From assembly GCA_016462645.1 (NCBI GenBank), contig JAEMSX010000007.1, positions 19,350 through 83,349 on the forward strand: DNA of 64,000 bases, written 5' to 3'. The DNA is from Thermoleophilaceae bacterium (GTDB lineage Bacteria; Actinomycetota; Thermoleophilia; Solirubrobacterales; JACPNS01). The first letter of the stretch is position 1; every line of letters starts with the position of its first letter. Below, one piece after another: positions 41,791-53,359 of the stretch. Both the position numbers and the translations under genes were made by a program. The notes beneath the pieces were generated by a model. It was not told where the DNA came from. It saw nothing but the letters and a program-made list of their open reading frames with translations, and searched no databases.

Positions 41791-43584
41791 ATGAGTGTGC
41801 TTGCAAACGGAACGTTGATCGACAACCGCTACACGGTGCGTGGCCGCATCGGCTCCGGCGGCATGGCCGACGTCTACCTCTGCGACGACCAGCACCTCGG
41901 GCGCCCCGTCGCGCTGAAGGTCATGCACGAGCGGTTCGCCGCTGACCAGTCCTTCGTGACGCGCTTCGAGCGTGAGGCCCAGGCGGCTGCCGGCCTGCAG
42001 CACAAGAACGTCGTCAACGTCTTCGACCGGGGCAAGGTCGGCGAGACCTATTACATCGCCATGGAATACCTGCCCGGGCGCACGCTCAAGGACGTCGTGA
42101 ACGCGATGGGCGCGCTCGACCCCAAGCTCGCGATCCACATCACGTTGCAGATCCTCGCCGCCGAGCGCTTCGCGCATGCCAAGGGCATCGTGCATCGCGA
42201 CATCAAGCCGCAGAACGTGATGATCGACGATGAGTGGAACGTCAAGGTCACGGACTTCGGCATCGCCCACAATCCCGTCGACGGCGACCTCACGCAGACC
42301 GGCCAGATGGTCGGCACTGCGCAGTACATCTCGCCCGAGCAGGCGCAGGGCAAGCCAGTCGCCAACACGTCAGACCTTTACTCGACCGGCGTCGTGCTGT
42401 TCGAGATGCTGACCGGCAAGGTCCCGTTCGACGGCGAGTCTTCCGTGGCGATCGCGCTGCAGCACATCAATCAGCCGCCGCCGCGTCCGACCGCCGTGAA
42501 CCCGGCCGTGCCGCCGGTGCTCGACGGAGTCGTGATGAAGGCGATGGCCAAGTCGCCGGTCGAGCGCTACGCCAACGCCGACGAGTTCTCACAGGCGCTC
42601 GAGCGCGCCCGCGACAACCTCGGCGCGCCGGCGGGCAAGACCGAGATGCGCGGAGCTGTCGCCGCCACCCCGACCGCCGCCAAGGACAACCGGAAGCGCA
42701 ACTGGCTGATCGCCGGCGGAATCCTCGCCGCGTTGCTGATCGCCGCGGCCGCCTACTTCCTGCTGGTCGGCAACAAGCAGGTTGTTCCGAACGTCGTCGG
42801 CCGCGCTGCGGGCGACGCCCAGTCGCGGATCGCCGAAGCAGGCTTCAAGAGCCAGGTCTTCTCGCAGACCAACAAGGCACCGGTCGGTGAAGTGATCAGC
42901 CAGAGCCCGGCCGGCGGCAAGAAGGCGAAGAAGGGCTCGACGGTCATCCTCAACGTCAGTTCCGGTCCGGGTGAGGTCTCGATGCCGGATGTCGAAGGCC
43001 TCTCGCAGTCCGCTGCGACAAAACAGCTGGAAGCACTGGGCCTGACCGTGAAGGTCACGCAGGAGTTCGATTCCGACATCGCCAAGGGCAAGTGCACGCG
43101 CACGGTGCCGGGCGTCGGCGAGAAGGCGCAGAAGGGCAGCGAGGTTGAGCTGTACGTGAGCAAGGGCGCCAAGCAGGTCGTCGTTCCCGACGTGGTCGGC
43201 CAGGACATCGACGCCGCGACCAAGGAACTCGAGGATGCGGGCTTCGAGGTCTCGTCGGTCGAGGAGGACAGCGAGAAGCCTGAGAACGAAGTCACCAAGC
43301 AGTCGCCGTCGGCCGGGGCCAAGGCCGATGACGGCTCGAAGATCAAACTCACTGTTGCGACCGGCCAGAACACCGTGCCGGATGTGATCGGCCTCGCGAA
43401 GTCGGACGCGGTCGGGCAACTCGAAGCAGCCGGATTCAAGGTCAAGACGACGACCACCGACGTGACCGATGAGGCCGATGACGGCAACGTCGTATCTCAG
43501 GATCCGACCGAGGGAACGGCCGACGTCGGATCGACAGTCACGCTGGAAATCGGCAAGTTCGTGGACGACGGGACGACGCCGTAG
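41791..43584 (+). CDS. pknB: PASTA-domain Ser/Thr kinase PknB
   Basis: GSGGMA, HRDIKPQN, DFGIA, GTAQYISPEQ, TM, four VP(N/D)V.G PASTA repeats. Confidence 0.95.
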   Translation: MSVLANGTLIDNRYTVRGRIGSGGMADVYLCDDQHLGRPVALKVMHERFAADQSFVTRFEREAQAAAGLQHKNVVNVFDRGKVGETYYIAMEYLPGRTLKDVVNAMGALDPKLAIHITLQILAAERFAHAKGIVHRDIKPQNVMIDDEWNVKVTDFGIAHNPVDGDLTQTGQMVGTAQYISPEQAQGKPVANTSDLYSTGVVLFEMLTGKVPFDGESSVAIALQHINQPPPRPTAVNPAVPPVLDGVVMKAMAKSPVERYANADEFSQALERARDNLGAPAGKTEMRGAVAATPTAAKDNRKRNWLIAGGILAALLIAAAAYFLLVGNKQVVPNVVGRAAGDAQSRIAEAGFKSQVFSQTNKAPVGEVISQSPAGGKKAKKGSTVILNVSSGPGEVSMPDVEGLSQSAATKQLEALGLTVKVTQEFDSDIAKGKCTRTVPGVGEKAQKGSEVELYVSKGAKQVVVPDVVGQDIDAATKELEDAGFEVSSVEEDSEKPENEVTKQSPSAGAKADDGSKIKLTVATGQNTVPDVIGLAKSDAVGQLEAAGFKVKTTTTDVTDEADDGNVVSQDPTEGTADVGSTVTLEIGKFVDDGTTP

Positions 43585-43630
43585 AGCAGGCCCGGTCGAA
43601 CTGGCATGCGCGAGGGATTAATGTCCGCGC

Positions 43631-44701
43631 ATGCCCGAGGCAAGCAAAGATCCGAATCCCGCCAAGCGCGTAGTGCTGCTGGCCGGCGGTCGCTCAAGTG
43701 AGCGCGAGGTGTCGCTGGTTTCCGGCGAGGCCGTCGCGAAGGGTCTCCACGGACAGGGACATGACGTCGTGCGCGTCGAAATCGGACGCGACGGACGTTG
43801 GTTCCAGGTCGTGCGCTTCGGCCCAGAGGAGATGCCGACCGGCGAGCCGATCGCGATCACGCCCGGCGAGGGTCTGCTCGGCGCGGACGTTGTCTTTCCG
43901 GTGCTGCACGGACCCTTCGGCGAAGACGGGGTGATTCAGGGCACGCTCGACTCGCTCGAGGTCGCCTACGTCGGATCGGGCGTTGCGGCATCGGCGATCT
44001 GCCTCGACAAACTGCTCTTCAAGGAAGTCGCCGGCCGCGCCGGGATCCCGCAGGTCCGCTACGCCGCGATCCTCGCCTCTGAGTGGGACGGCGACGAGCG
44101 CAAGCACGACGCGCTGCTTGAAGCCGCTGCGGCGCTGGGCTTCCCCTCCTTCGTCAAGCCCGCCCGCCTCGGCTCTAGCGTCGGGATCTCCCGCGTCACC
44201 GGGCTCTCCGAACTCAGCTCCGCGATCGACGACGCACTCAAATACGACCCGCGGGTGATCGTCGAGGCAGGTTCTGCCGGCGATGAGATCGAGTGCTCGG
44301 TGCTCGGCAACGACGAACTCGAGGTCTCGCAGCCGGGCAGGCTCGAGTTCGATTCCGACTGGTACGACTTCGACGCCAAGTACGAGGCCGGCGGCATGCG
44401 CCTTGTCGCGCCGGCACCGATCGATGAGGCGCTCGAGATCGAGATCGCGTCGATGGCGGCCCGCGTGTTCAAGCTTGTCGGTTGCGCCGGGATGGCGCGC
44501 GTTGACTTCTTCGTCGAAGATCCGGAGGGCGAGAAGCCGAAGGTGCTGGTCAACGAGATCAACACGATCCCGGGGTTCACCAGCACGAGCGTCTACGCGA
44601 AGCTCTTCGAAGTCTCGGGCCTGCCTTACGGCGAGCTGCTCGACCGCCTGCTCGACCTTGCGATCGCTCGCCATCGCGAGCAGCGCAAGTTCAGCTTCTA
44701 G
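43631..44701 (+). CDS. ddl: D-alanine-D-alanine ligase
   Basis: GGRSSEREVS, LHGPFGEDG, KPARLGSSVG, YDFDAKY, NEINTIPGFT. Confidence 0.95.
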   Translation: MPEASKDPNPAKRVVLLAGGRSSEREVSLVSGEAVAKGLHGQGHDVVRVEIGRDGRWFQVVRFGPEEMPTGEPIAITPGEGLLGADVVFPVLHGPFGEDGVIQGTLDSLEVAYVGSGVAASAICLDKLLFKEVAGRAGIPQVRYAAILASEWDGDERKHDALLEAAAALGFPSFVKPARLGSSVGISRVTGLSELSSAIDDALKYDPRVIVEAGSAGDEIECSVLGNDELEVSQPGRLEFDSDWYDFDAKYEAGGMRLVAPAPIDEALEIEIASMAARVFKLVGCAGMARVDFFVEDPEGEKPKVLVNEINTIPGFTSTSVYAKLFEVSGLPYGELLDRLLDLAIARHREQRKFSF

Positions 44702-44705
44702 CGCG

Positions 44706-45137
44706 TCAGGCCTTCAGTGTGGCGGCTGTGGGTGGCTGATACCGCCACAGCCGCACGACCGAGATGATCATCACCAGCGTCATGATCACCGCGTTGGCGA
44801 CGCACCACTGACAGATCGCCTTGATCTTGAAGATCTCGAGATACGTGAGATAGACCGAGAAGCCGAAGCCGAAGAGGCCCAACAGGGCGGTCGCCGCGCG
44901 ACCGAGGTCTCCGGGGATCAGCAGGCTGAACAGGATGCCGATCCAGCCGACCAGGCCGAGCACCGGCACGGGGATGCCTGCGAACGTGGCGTACTGCGAG
45001 TTCTGTACGACCTCGCAGCCGCCGGTTGTGCAGATCGGCTTCAGATGCGCGTAGTGCACGTACGTGAGGTACGTGGCAATCCCCAGGCCGATGAACCCGA
45101 GGACTGCAATCGCGATGCCAAGTTTTCGATCGGTCAT
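44706..45137 (-). CDS. Vitamin K epoxide reductase (VKOR) family protein
   Basis: Loop cysteines C....C, FAGIPVP, CQWC motif, four TMs. Confidence 0.9.
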   Translation of the reverse strand: MTDRKLGIAIAVLGFIGLGIATYLTYVHYAHLKPICTTGGCEVVQNSQYATFAGIPVPVLGLVGWIGILFSLLIPGDLGRAATALLGLFGFGFSVYLTYLEIFKIKAICQWCVANAVIMTLVMIISVVRLWRYQPPTAATLKA

Positions 45138-45158
45138 TGCCGGCGATCAGACGTCTGG

Positions 45159-45953
45159 TTACTGGAGTGCGTCGACTGCGTCGAGGATCGGCTGCGGGTC
45201 GCTGAGGTCGTTCACGTCGACTTTGTTGTCCGGGTTGTTCGCGTCCGCGGGGTCTTTGCCCACGAAGAACATCGGGGTACCGGTGACGCCCGCCTCCGTT
45301 GAGAGTTCTTCGGCGCTCTTGATCAGACTGGTGACCTTCGGGTTCTCGAGGTTCTGGTCGACCTCGGCCGTGTCCAGGCCGTCGATCTGGACACCGATGC
45401 TGTTGAGGAAATCCTCGGTCGCGTAAGTGTCGCTCTCGGCCTTCTGGTTGAGGTAGAAGAGGTCGATGTACGGGAACATCTTGTTCTGAAGGCCCGCCGC
45501 GCTGGCGTACTTGGCGGCGTTGATCGAGTCTGTCAGGCCGGTGTTGTCGTCGATCAGCGTGAGCGGGCGGAAGATCAGCTTGGCCTTGCCGGTGCGGATC
45601 GCCTCTTCAACCACGGTCGGGAGGCTGTCGGTCGACCACTGGGCGCAGAACGGGCATTTGAGGTCGGCATACTCGATGATCGTGGCCTTTGCGCCGGGCT
45701 CACCGAGCGTGTCGAACTTCTGCGGGATGCCCTCGAAACGCGCGTTGACTTCCTTCGCGTCGGTCGAGTCGGACTCGGTCTTGGTGCCGGAGGTGCTGAC
45801 GACAACCGCGATCACGACGGCGATCAGCGCAAGACCGAGAACACCGCCGATGATCGACAGTCTGCGGGTGCGCGCTGCCTTCGCTGCGTGCTCCTGTTCC
45901 TTGGCCTCGCGCGCGAGACGCGCCTGTTCCTTCTGCTCCTTACGTGAACTCAC
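45159..45953 (-). CDS. Membrane-anchored DsbA-like thioredoxin
   Basis: Basic N-terminus + TM, DLKCPFC, GVTGTP cis-Pro loop. Confidence 0.9.
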   Translation of the reverse strand: MSSRKEQKEQARLAREAKEQEHAAKAARTRRLSIIGGVLGLALIAVVIAVVVSTSGTKTESDSTDAKEVNARFEGIPQKFDTLGEPGAKATIIEYADLKCPFCAQWSTDSLPTVVEEAIRTGKAKLIFRPLTLIDDNTGLTDSINAAKYASAAGLQNKMFPYIDLFYLNQKAESDTYATEDFLNSIGVQIDGLDTAEVDQNLENPKVTSLIKSAEELSTEAGVTGTPMFFVGKDPADANNPDNKVDVNDLSDPQPILDAVDALQ

Positions 45954-46073
45954 GTTTGAACATCCCCTTGAAAGTCGTTGGTTCCCCGAAAAAGTGTGTT
46001 GAAGATAACGGTATTCGCCGCACAAACACGAGCACCCGCCTGCCGCTTAACGCGGTCTTCACCTTGCAGATCG

Positions 46074-47594
<1,521 letters not shown>

Positions 47595-47731
47595 CTGTGA
47601 AGAGAAGTTACGCCGAAAGCTCGCTGATCGCCTTGGTCGGGCTCCGTGCGGCAATCGATCGTCCAACTTACGCGCAGGCCCGGCTGAGCTGGCCGGACCC
47701 CGAGAACGCTGATTCGATTTCCGATTGCAGG

Positions 47732-47941
47732 ATGCTTGAACCTGTTGAAGGTCTCCCGGCAGGAACAATCGGCTTTCGCGCTCGCGGCGCTGCTGAATCG
47801 GACGACTACAAGAACACTCTCAACCCGGCGCTGGATGCCGTGCTCGCAGAAGAACTCGCCGCGATCGTGTGGGCCTCAGGTGCTGACCAGGCTCAGCGAA
47901 TCAGGACTCTGAGAGCACGGCGAGTCCGGGCGCGGTCGTGA
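47732..47941 (+). pseudogene. Internally deleted SpoIIAA-like (STAS/SEC14) remnant
   Basis: MLEPVEGLPAGTIGFRARG...DDYKNTLNPALD resembles the family N-terminus and is joined directly to the C-terminus-like EELAAIVWASG. Confidence 0.5.
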
Positions 47942-48485
47942 AGATCGAATGCAACTGGATGACCTCTGCCGCTTCGGCGAGGTCATTCGGCGCCGTCGCA
48001 CGAAACTCGTAGAGCGTGTGGTCATCGAGTTCGCCGAGGCGTACGGCGACGATCAGCTCGGGGCTTGTTGCTGGCGGAAGCTCTGCCCCGACTGTGCGTA
48101 TGAGCACCGCCCCCTTGGCGCTGCCGCGCGGGCGCACTTCGAAGTCGCCTGCACGCGGCCCGATCACAGATTGTTCGACCGGCTTCAACTGATACGAGAG
48201 ATTTGGATCGCGCTGGGGCGCCGTCAGCCGATGCACGAACTCGGTCAGACCCTCGCCCGCGCGCCCGGCGAAGAAGTCAAGCGCGTTCTGGCGTGCGGCC
48301 CACAGGCTTCCCGAGAGCACCATCGCGCCGATCGGTCCGGCGTAATGGATCACGAGTCCTTCTGGCGGATTGACGAAGATGCCGGTGAGGTCGCTGGCCA
48401 TCTCGTACTCGGCCATCGTTCCTTCGATCGGGTCGAACTCACCGATCGCCGGCTGCGCGCCGTCTGGTCCTCCGCCCCCGGTCAT
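47901..48485 (-). CDS. Hypothetical protein
   Basis: 194-aa ORF with TAGGTT -10-like hexamer 6 nt upstream; PPEGLVIHYAGP...W weakly recalls ABM-like barrel proteins. Confidence 0.55.
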   Translation of the reverse strand: MTGGGGPDGAQPAIGEFDPIEGTMAEYEMASDLTGIFVNPPEGLVIHYAGPIGAMVLSGSLWAARQNALDFFAGRAGEGLTEFVHRLTAPQRDPNLSYQLKPVEQSVIGPRAGDFEVRPRGSAKGAVLIRTVGAELPPATSPELIVAVRLGELDDHTLYEFRATAPNDLAEAAEVIQLHSIFTTAPGLAVLSES

Positions 48486-48516
48486 GGGACCAACCTAGCG
48501 CGGAACTACTGAGTTG

Positions 48517-49605
48517 TCAGGTGGTCTGGCGAAGACCCGACTTGTCACCGACAAGACCGGTGGGCGTGACTGCAACCTGACCGGCCTGATCGGTCACGCG
48601 GCCGATCACGTGCGCGCCGTCGTAGTGGGTGCGCAGCAGGGTGTCTGCGGCGTCGGCGTGTTCGTGCGGGACGACGACGCAGAAGCCGCAGCCCATGTTG
48701 AAGACCTCGGCCATCTCGGCGTCGGAGACGCTGGCGGCCCGCTGGATCATCTCGAAGACCGGCTGGGGTTTGAGCGGGGTCTCGAAGACGTAGCCGACAT
48801 CTGCGTTGAGGCGCAGCAGGTTGAGCACGCCGCCGCTGGTCAGGTGCGCGAGGCCACGGACCTCGACCGGAGACTTGATCAGCTCCATGATCGGCTTGAC
48901 GTAGATCTCGGTGGGCGTGAGCAGCTCTTCGCCGACTGACTTGCCGCCGAGTTCCTCGGGGGTGTCGGTGAGCGCGTGGCCGGCGTCGTCGAGCAGCGCC
49001 TTGCGCGCGAGCGTGAGACCGTTGCTGTGGATGCCCGAACTGGGCAGGCCGATGATCACGTCGCCGGGGACGATCGAGTCGCCGCTGATGATCTTGTCGA
49101 GCGCAATCGTGCCGAAGGCTGCGCCGACGAGGTCGAAGCCGCTGGGGCTCGGGTGGCCCTTGATCAGTTCCGGAAGCTGCGCGAGTTCTCCGCCGGGGAT
49201 CTCCACGCCTGCCTGCTCGGCGCCTTCCTTCAGGCCGGTCGCGATGCCGGCGAGCATCTCGGCGTCCGCGTGCTCGACGGCGATGTAGTCGACGAGCGCG
49301 ATCGGGGTCGCCCCGACGCAGATCAGGTCGTTGACGCTCATCGCCATGCAGTCGATGCCGACGGTGTCGAACTTGCCCATCTGCTCGGCGATGATCACCT
49401 TGCTGCCGACGCCGTCGGTGCTGATCGCGATGCCGAGGTTGTCGGCGACCTTCAGGACGTTCGCATAGTGCCCGTTGCGCAGCTGCGCGAGGCTGGGCTT
49501 GCCGGTGTCAATCGTTGCGAGAACGCTGACCAGCGCGCTGGTCGCGGAATCCGCGTTGGTCGTGCTGACGCCGGCTGCGGCGTATGCGTCCTGTGGATCG
49601 CTCAC
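48517..49605 (-). CDS. purM: Phosphoribosylformylglycinamidine cyclo-ligase (AIR synthetase)
   Basis: YAAAGV, STDGVGSK, GIDCMAMSVND, SSGIHSNG, LLTPT.IY, FNMGCG. Confidence 0.95.
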   Translation of the reverse strand: MSDPQDAYAAAGVSTTNADSATSALVSVLATIDTGKPSLAQLRNGHYANVLKVADNLGIAISTDGVGSKVIIAEQMGKFDTVGIDCMAMSVNDLICVGATPIALVDYIAVEHADAEMLAGIATGLKEGAEQAGVEIPGGELAQLPELIKGHPSPSGFDLVGAAFGTIALDKIISGDSIVPGDVIIGLPSSGIHSNGLTLARKALLDDAGHALTDTPEELGGKSVGEELLTPTEIYVKPIMELIKSPVEVRGLAHLTSGGVLNLLRLNADVGYVFETPLKPQPVFEMIQRAASVSDAEMAEVFNMGCGFCVVVPHEHADAADTLLRTHYDGAHVIGRVTDQAGQVAVTPTGLVGDKSGLRQTT

Positions 49606-49700
49606 GGGGGTGAATCTAGTTGGTGCCCGGGCGTCATCTCAGCGCCGAAGCGCACCCGCCCACCCGCACGATCCGCCAGATCCCGCAGACAAGCCGTTTG

Positions 49701-49751
49701 TTGCTGCAAGGTACGTCCTTGCAGCTGCGCAGAGGACGTACCTTGCAGCAA
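49701..49751. repeat. 19-bp perfect inverted repeat (REP-like hairpin)
   Basis: TTGCTGCAAGGTACGTCCT-N13-AGGACGTACCTTGCAGCAA in the uppP-purM spacer. Confidence 0.85.
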
Positions 49752-49763
49752 GAAGTCGCGTAC

Positions 49764-50573
49764 CTATCGCCGTCGGCTGAAGACCGTGACCCCGGCCGCG
49801 AGAAGGAGGCGGTAAATCACGTACTTCATCAATCCGCGACCGCGGTTCTTGGATGCAATCAGCCGCGCACTGGCAAATGAACTGACGAACGCGCCGAGGA
49901 TCCCGACCGCGAACGGCGCGCGCATGCCAACCGGCAGCCCCCGTTGCTTCAGGCGCACGCCCTTCAACACCGTCGCGCCGGCAATCACCGGCAGCGCAAC
50001 ATGCATCGAAAGCTCGCTCGCTGAGAGCGGATCGAAACCCCGCGCACGCGCGGCCACAATCGTCGAGCCCGAGCGCGACACCCCCGGCACCAGCGCCAGT
50101 GCCTGCGCAAAACCGAGCCACAGCCCGTCGCGCCAGTCCGCATCGCCACGCGGCCGCGAGCCCTTCAGTCCATCAGCCCACGCCATCGCCGCCGAGCCGG
50201 CGATCAGCCCGACGACAACAATTTCCGGACGGCTCAGCTTCCCTTCAATGATCTTCTCCAGACTGAGGGCAGCTGCGGCCGCCGGCGCTAACGAGCTCAG
50301 AATCATCCCGACGCGCCGCCCATCGAGATCCCGCACGGCCTCGAACACCTCGTCGCGCAGCACGATCACGAGCGCCGCCGCCGTGCCCGCATGCAGCGCC
50401 ACCTCAAAGGACTTGCGCAGCTCCGGATCGAGCTTCACGAAGTCGCTGCCGAGCACCCACGGTGCGAGCACGAGGTGCCCTGAGCTGGAAACCGGAAGCA
50501 GTTCAGTGGGCCCCTGCAGGAGCCCGTATGCCAGGGCCTCGCCGAGACCTAACGTGGCGTCGTCACGCGACAT
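49764..50573 (-). CDS. uppP: Undecaprenyl-diphosphatase (BacA)
   Basis: QGPTELLPVSSSGH, LHAGT, AQALALVPGVSRSG. Confidence 0.93.
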   Translation of the reverse strand: MSRDDATLGLGEALAYGLLQGPTELLPVSSSGHLVLAPWVLGSDFVKLDPELRKSFEVALHAGTAAALVIVLRDEVFEAVRDLDGRRVGMILSSLAPAAAAALSLEKIIEGKLSRPEIVVVGLIAGSAAMAWADGLKGSRPRGDADWRDGLWLGFAQALALVPGVSRSGSTIVAARARGFDPLSASELSMHVALPVIAGATVLKGVRLKQRGLPVGMRAPFAVGILGAFVSSFASARLIASKNRGRGLMKYVIYRLLLAAGVTVFSRRR

Positions 50574-51234
50574 CGTCCGCCGCGTCGCTGTCTGAATCAG
50601 CGTCACGCCCGCGCCACCACTTGATCGCGAAGTATGCGATCGCGCCGAGGATGATCACCGCGACGGCGTAGTCGACGTAGTGGAGCTTGTCCTTCCAGTC
50701 CTCCCAGTTGTCGCCGGCGGCGCGGCCGATCAACGCGAGCATCAGCATCCAGGGCAGGCAGCCGAGGAACGTGTAGGTCGTGAACTTCCAGAACGGCATC
50801 TTCGCGACGCCGGCCGGGAGCGAGATGAAGGTTCGGACGATCGGCAACATGCGCGCCCAGAACACCGTGGCATTTCCGTGCTTGGCGAACCAGTCATCGG
50901 TCCACTTCAGGTGCGACGGCTTGACATGGATCTTCGCGCCGTGCTTCTCGATCAGGTCGATGCGGCCGAAGTAGCCGATCGCGTACGCGATCCAGGAGCC
51001 GATCACGTTGGCGACGGCGCCGACCAGCACCGCTGCCCACAGCGGATAGGTCCCGATCGAGACGTTGAACCCGGCGAACAGCATCGTCGCCTCGCTGGGG
51101 ATCGGAATGAGTGCGCTCTCGGGCACCATTAGGATGAAGATCCCCCAAAGCCCGAGCTTCTCGGTCACGTCGACCGCGAAGTTGATGATCGGCTCGGTGA
51201 CCGACGCGAGGATCAGAGTTGTGGGCAGAAACAT
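50563..51234 (-). CDS. DedA family membrane protein
   Basis: ESALIPIPSE, ARMLPIVRTFISLPAG. Confidence 0.92.
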   Translation of the reverse strand: MFLPTTLILASVTEPIINFAVDVTEKLGLWGIFILMVPESALIPIPSEATMLFAGFNVSIGTYPLWAAVLVGAVANVIGSWIAYAIGYFGRIDLIEKHGAKIHVKPSHLKWTDDWFAKHGNATVFWARMLPIVRTFISLPAGVAKMPFWKFTTYTFLGCLPWMLMLALIGRAAGDNWEDWKDKLHYVDYAVAVIILGAIAYFAIKWWRGRDADSDSDAADDVA

Positions 51235-51245
51235 CGGCGGCGAGT

Positions 51246-52343
51246 ATGACATCGATTCCCCTTTTTGACACTGCAAGCAACCTGAACGGACTGCGTCCGG
51301 ACCTCGACGCTGCGATCAAGCGCGTGATGGACAGCGGTCGCTACATCCTCGGTCCGGAGGTCGCCGCCTTTGAGAGCGAATTCGCCGAGTACGTCGGCAC
51401 CGAGCACGCGATCGGCGTCGGCAACGGCACCGACGCGCTCAGCATCGCGCTCCGCGCCGCGGGCGTCGAGCCCGGCGATGACGTGGTCGTGCCGTCATTC
51501 ACCTTCTATGCCAGCGCCGAAGCGGCGATCACGACCGGCGCGAACGTCGTCTACTGCGACGTCGATCCGGACACGATGAACGTCACCGCAGAGACGGTCG
51601 CCGCCGCGCTGACGCCGAACACAACCGCCGTGGTCGCGGTGCACCTCTTCGGACTCCCCGCCCCGGTCCCCGAGCTGCGCAAGCTCGCCGACGAGCGCGG
51701 CTTCAAGATCGTCGAGGACGCGGCGCAGGCCGTCGGTGCCACGCTGGGCGGCGTACGCGCGGGAGCGCTCGGCGACGTCGCGACTTTCAGTTTCTTCCCG
51801 TCGAAGAACCTCGGCGCATTCGGCGACGCCGGGATCATCACCACCAACGATCCTGAGATTGCCGAGACCGCGCGTCTGCTGCGCCACCACGGAACGACCA
51901 ACAAGCAGTTGCACACGCTCGTCGGTTACAACTCGCGACTCGACGCGATGCAGGCCGCGCTGCTGCGTGTACTACTGCCGCATATCGACGCCTGGAACGG
52001 CGGCCGCCAGCTCGCCGCGCTCGCGTACGCCGAAGCAGGCATCGCCGAGTTCGCGACGCCGCAACTCGTGCCCGAAGGCTCGAAGTCGGTCTACCACCTG
52101 TACGTGGTCTCGGTCGATGATCCGGCGGGCATCTCTGCCGCACTCGACGAGCAGGGCGTCGAGGCGCGCAGCTATTACCGCACGCCGATCCACCGCCAGC
52201 CGGCCACCGAGCAGGAGATCGACCTGCCGGGAACGGAACTCGCGGCCGCGCGCAACCTCGCGCTGCCGATGAGTCCGACGATTCGTGAGGATCAGGTCGC
52301 GGCGGTCGTCAGGGCCCTGGCCTCGGCGCGCGCCGCTGCATGA
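51246..52343 (+). CDS. DegT/DnrJ/EryC1/StrS sugar aminotransferase
   Basis: GNGTDAL, VHLFG, EDAAQA, SFFPSKNLGAFGD, NSRLD, LPMSP. Confidence 0.93.
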   Translation: MTSIPLFDTASNLNGLRPDLDAAIKRVMDSGRYILGPEVAAFESEFAEYVGTEHAIGVGNGTDALSIALRAAGVEPGDDVVVPSFTFYASAEAAITTGANVVYCDVDPDTMNVTAETVAAALTPNTTAVVAVHLFGLPAPVPELRKLADERGFKIVEDAAQAVGATLGGVRAGALGDVATFSFFPSKNLGAFGDAGIITTNDPEIAETARLLRHHGTTNKQLHTLVGYNSRLDAMQAALLRVLLPHIDAWNGGRQLAALAYAEAGIAEFATPQLVPEGSKSVYHLYVVSVDDPAGISAALDEQGVEARSYYRTPIHRQPATEQEIDLPGTELAAARNLALPMSPTIREDQVAAVVRALASARAAA

Positions 52344-53350
52344 GAATTTGGGTCGATCTGACCAACTCGCCGCACGTGCTCGTGCTGCGACCGGTCATCG
52401 ATGTACTGCGCGCTGACGGTCACGAGGTCGAAGTCACCGCCCGCGACTTCGCGCAGACGCTTGCGCTGCTTGAGCGCTACGAAATGCCGCACACAGCGAT
52501 CGGTCATCACCGCGGCGGCCACGCGGCGAGCAAGGCGGTGGGGCTCTTTTCGCGCTCGGGCGCGCTGCTGCGCTGGTCGCGCGGCAAGCAGTTCGATCTC
52601 GCGATCGGCCACGGATCGAACGACATCACGGTCGCCGCGAAGCTGCGCGGCATCCCGGCGGTGACGATGTTCGACTACGAGTGGGCGAAGGTCCAGCACT
52701 CGATCAACTGCCGCTTCACGAAGCGGACGATCGTGCCCGATGTGATCCCCGAGGAGCGGCTGTACTCATACGGCGCGAAGGGGAAGATCTACGGGTATCC
52801 CGGCTTGAAGGAGGAGTACTACCTGAGCGATTTTGAGCCCGATGAGTCGGTGCTCGACGAGCTGGGACTTGACCGGTCAAAGAAGCTCGTGCTGCTGCGC
52901 ACCCCGCCGGATGTCTCGCTGTACCACCGGCTTGAGAACGATCTCTTCCCGCGCCTGATCGAACTGCTCGCCGCCGATGACTCGGTGCAGGTTGTCGCGC
53001 TCCCGCGCACCCCCGAGCAGCGCGAGGAGCTGGTCAAGGCCGCGCACTCGAACATCGTGATCCCTGAAGGGGCCGTGGACGGACCGTCCCTGGTCGCGCT
53101 GGTGGACGCCGTGATCGGCGCCGGCGGGACGATGAACCGCGAAGCGGTGGCGCTGGGTACGCCGGTCTGGACCACCTTCGCCGGGCGACTCGGCGCGGTG
53201 GACGAGGAGCTGCTGGCCGAAGGCAAGCTGAACCGGCTCGAAGATCTCGACGGTCTTGAGATCGTCAAGCGCTCCGGCATCGGCAGTGACCGCATCCGGC
53301 GGGACCCGCGGTTACTCGCGGAGCTTGCGCTGGGCGCAGCAGGTATTTAG
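52340..53350 (+). CDS. DUF354 family protein (predicted GT-B fold)
   Basis: IWVDLTNSPHV, VTARDF, YPGLKE, GAGGTMNREAVALGTP. Confidence 0.85.
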   Translation: MRIWVDLTNSPHVLVLRPVIDVLRADGHEVEVTARDFAQTLALLERYEMPHTAIGHHRGGHAASKAVGLFSRSGALLRWSRGKQFDLAIGHGSNDITVAAKLRGIPAVTMFDYEWAKVQHSINCRFTKRTIVPDVIPEERLYSYGAKGKIYGYPGLKEEYYLSDFEPDESVLDELGLDRSKKLVLLRTPPDVSLYHRLENDLFPRLIELLAADDSVQVVALPRTPEQREELVKAAHSNIVIPEGAVDGPSLVALVDAVIGAGGTMNREAVALGTPVWTTFAGRLGAVDEELLAEGKLNRLEDLDGLEIVKRSGIGSDRIRRDPRLLAELALGAAGI

Positions 53351-53359
53351 AATCGGGCC

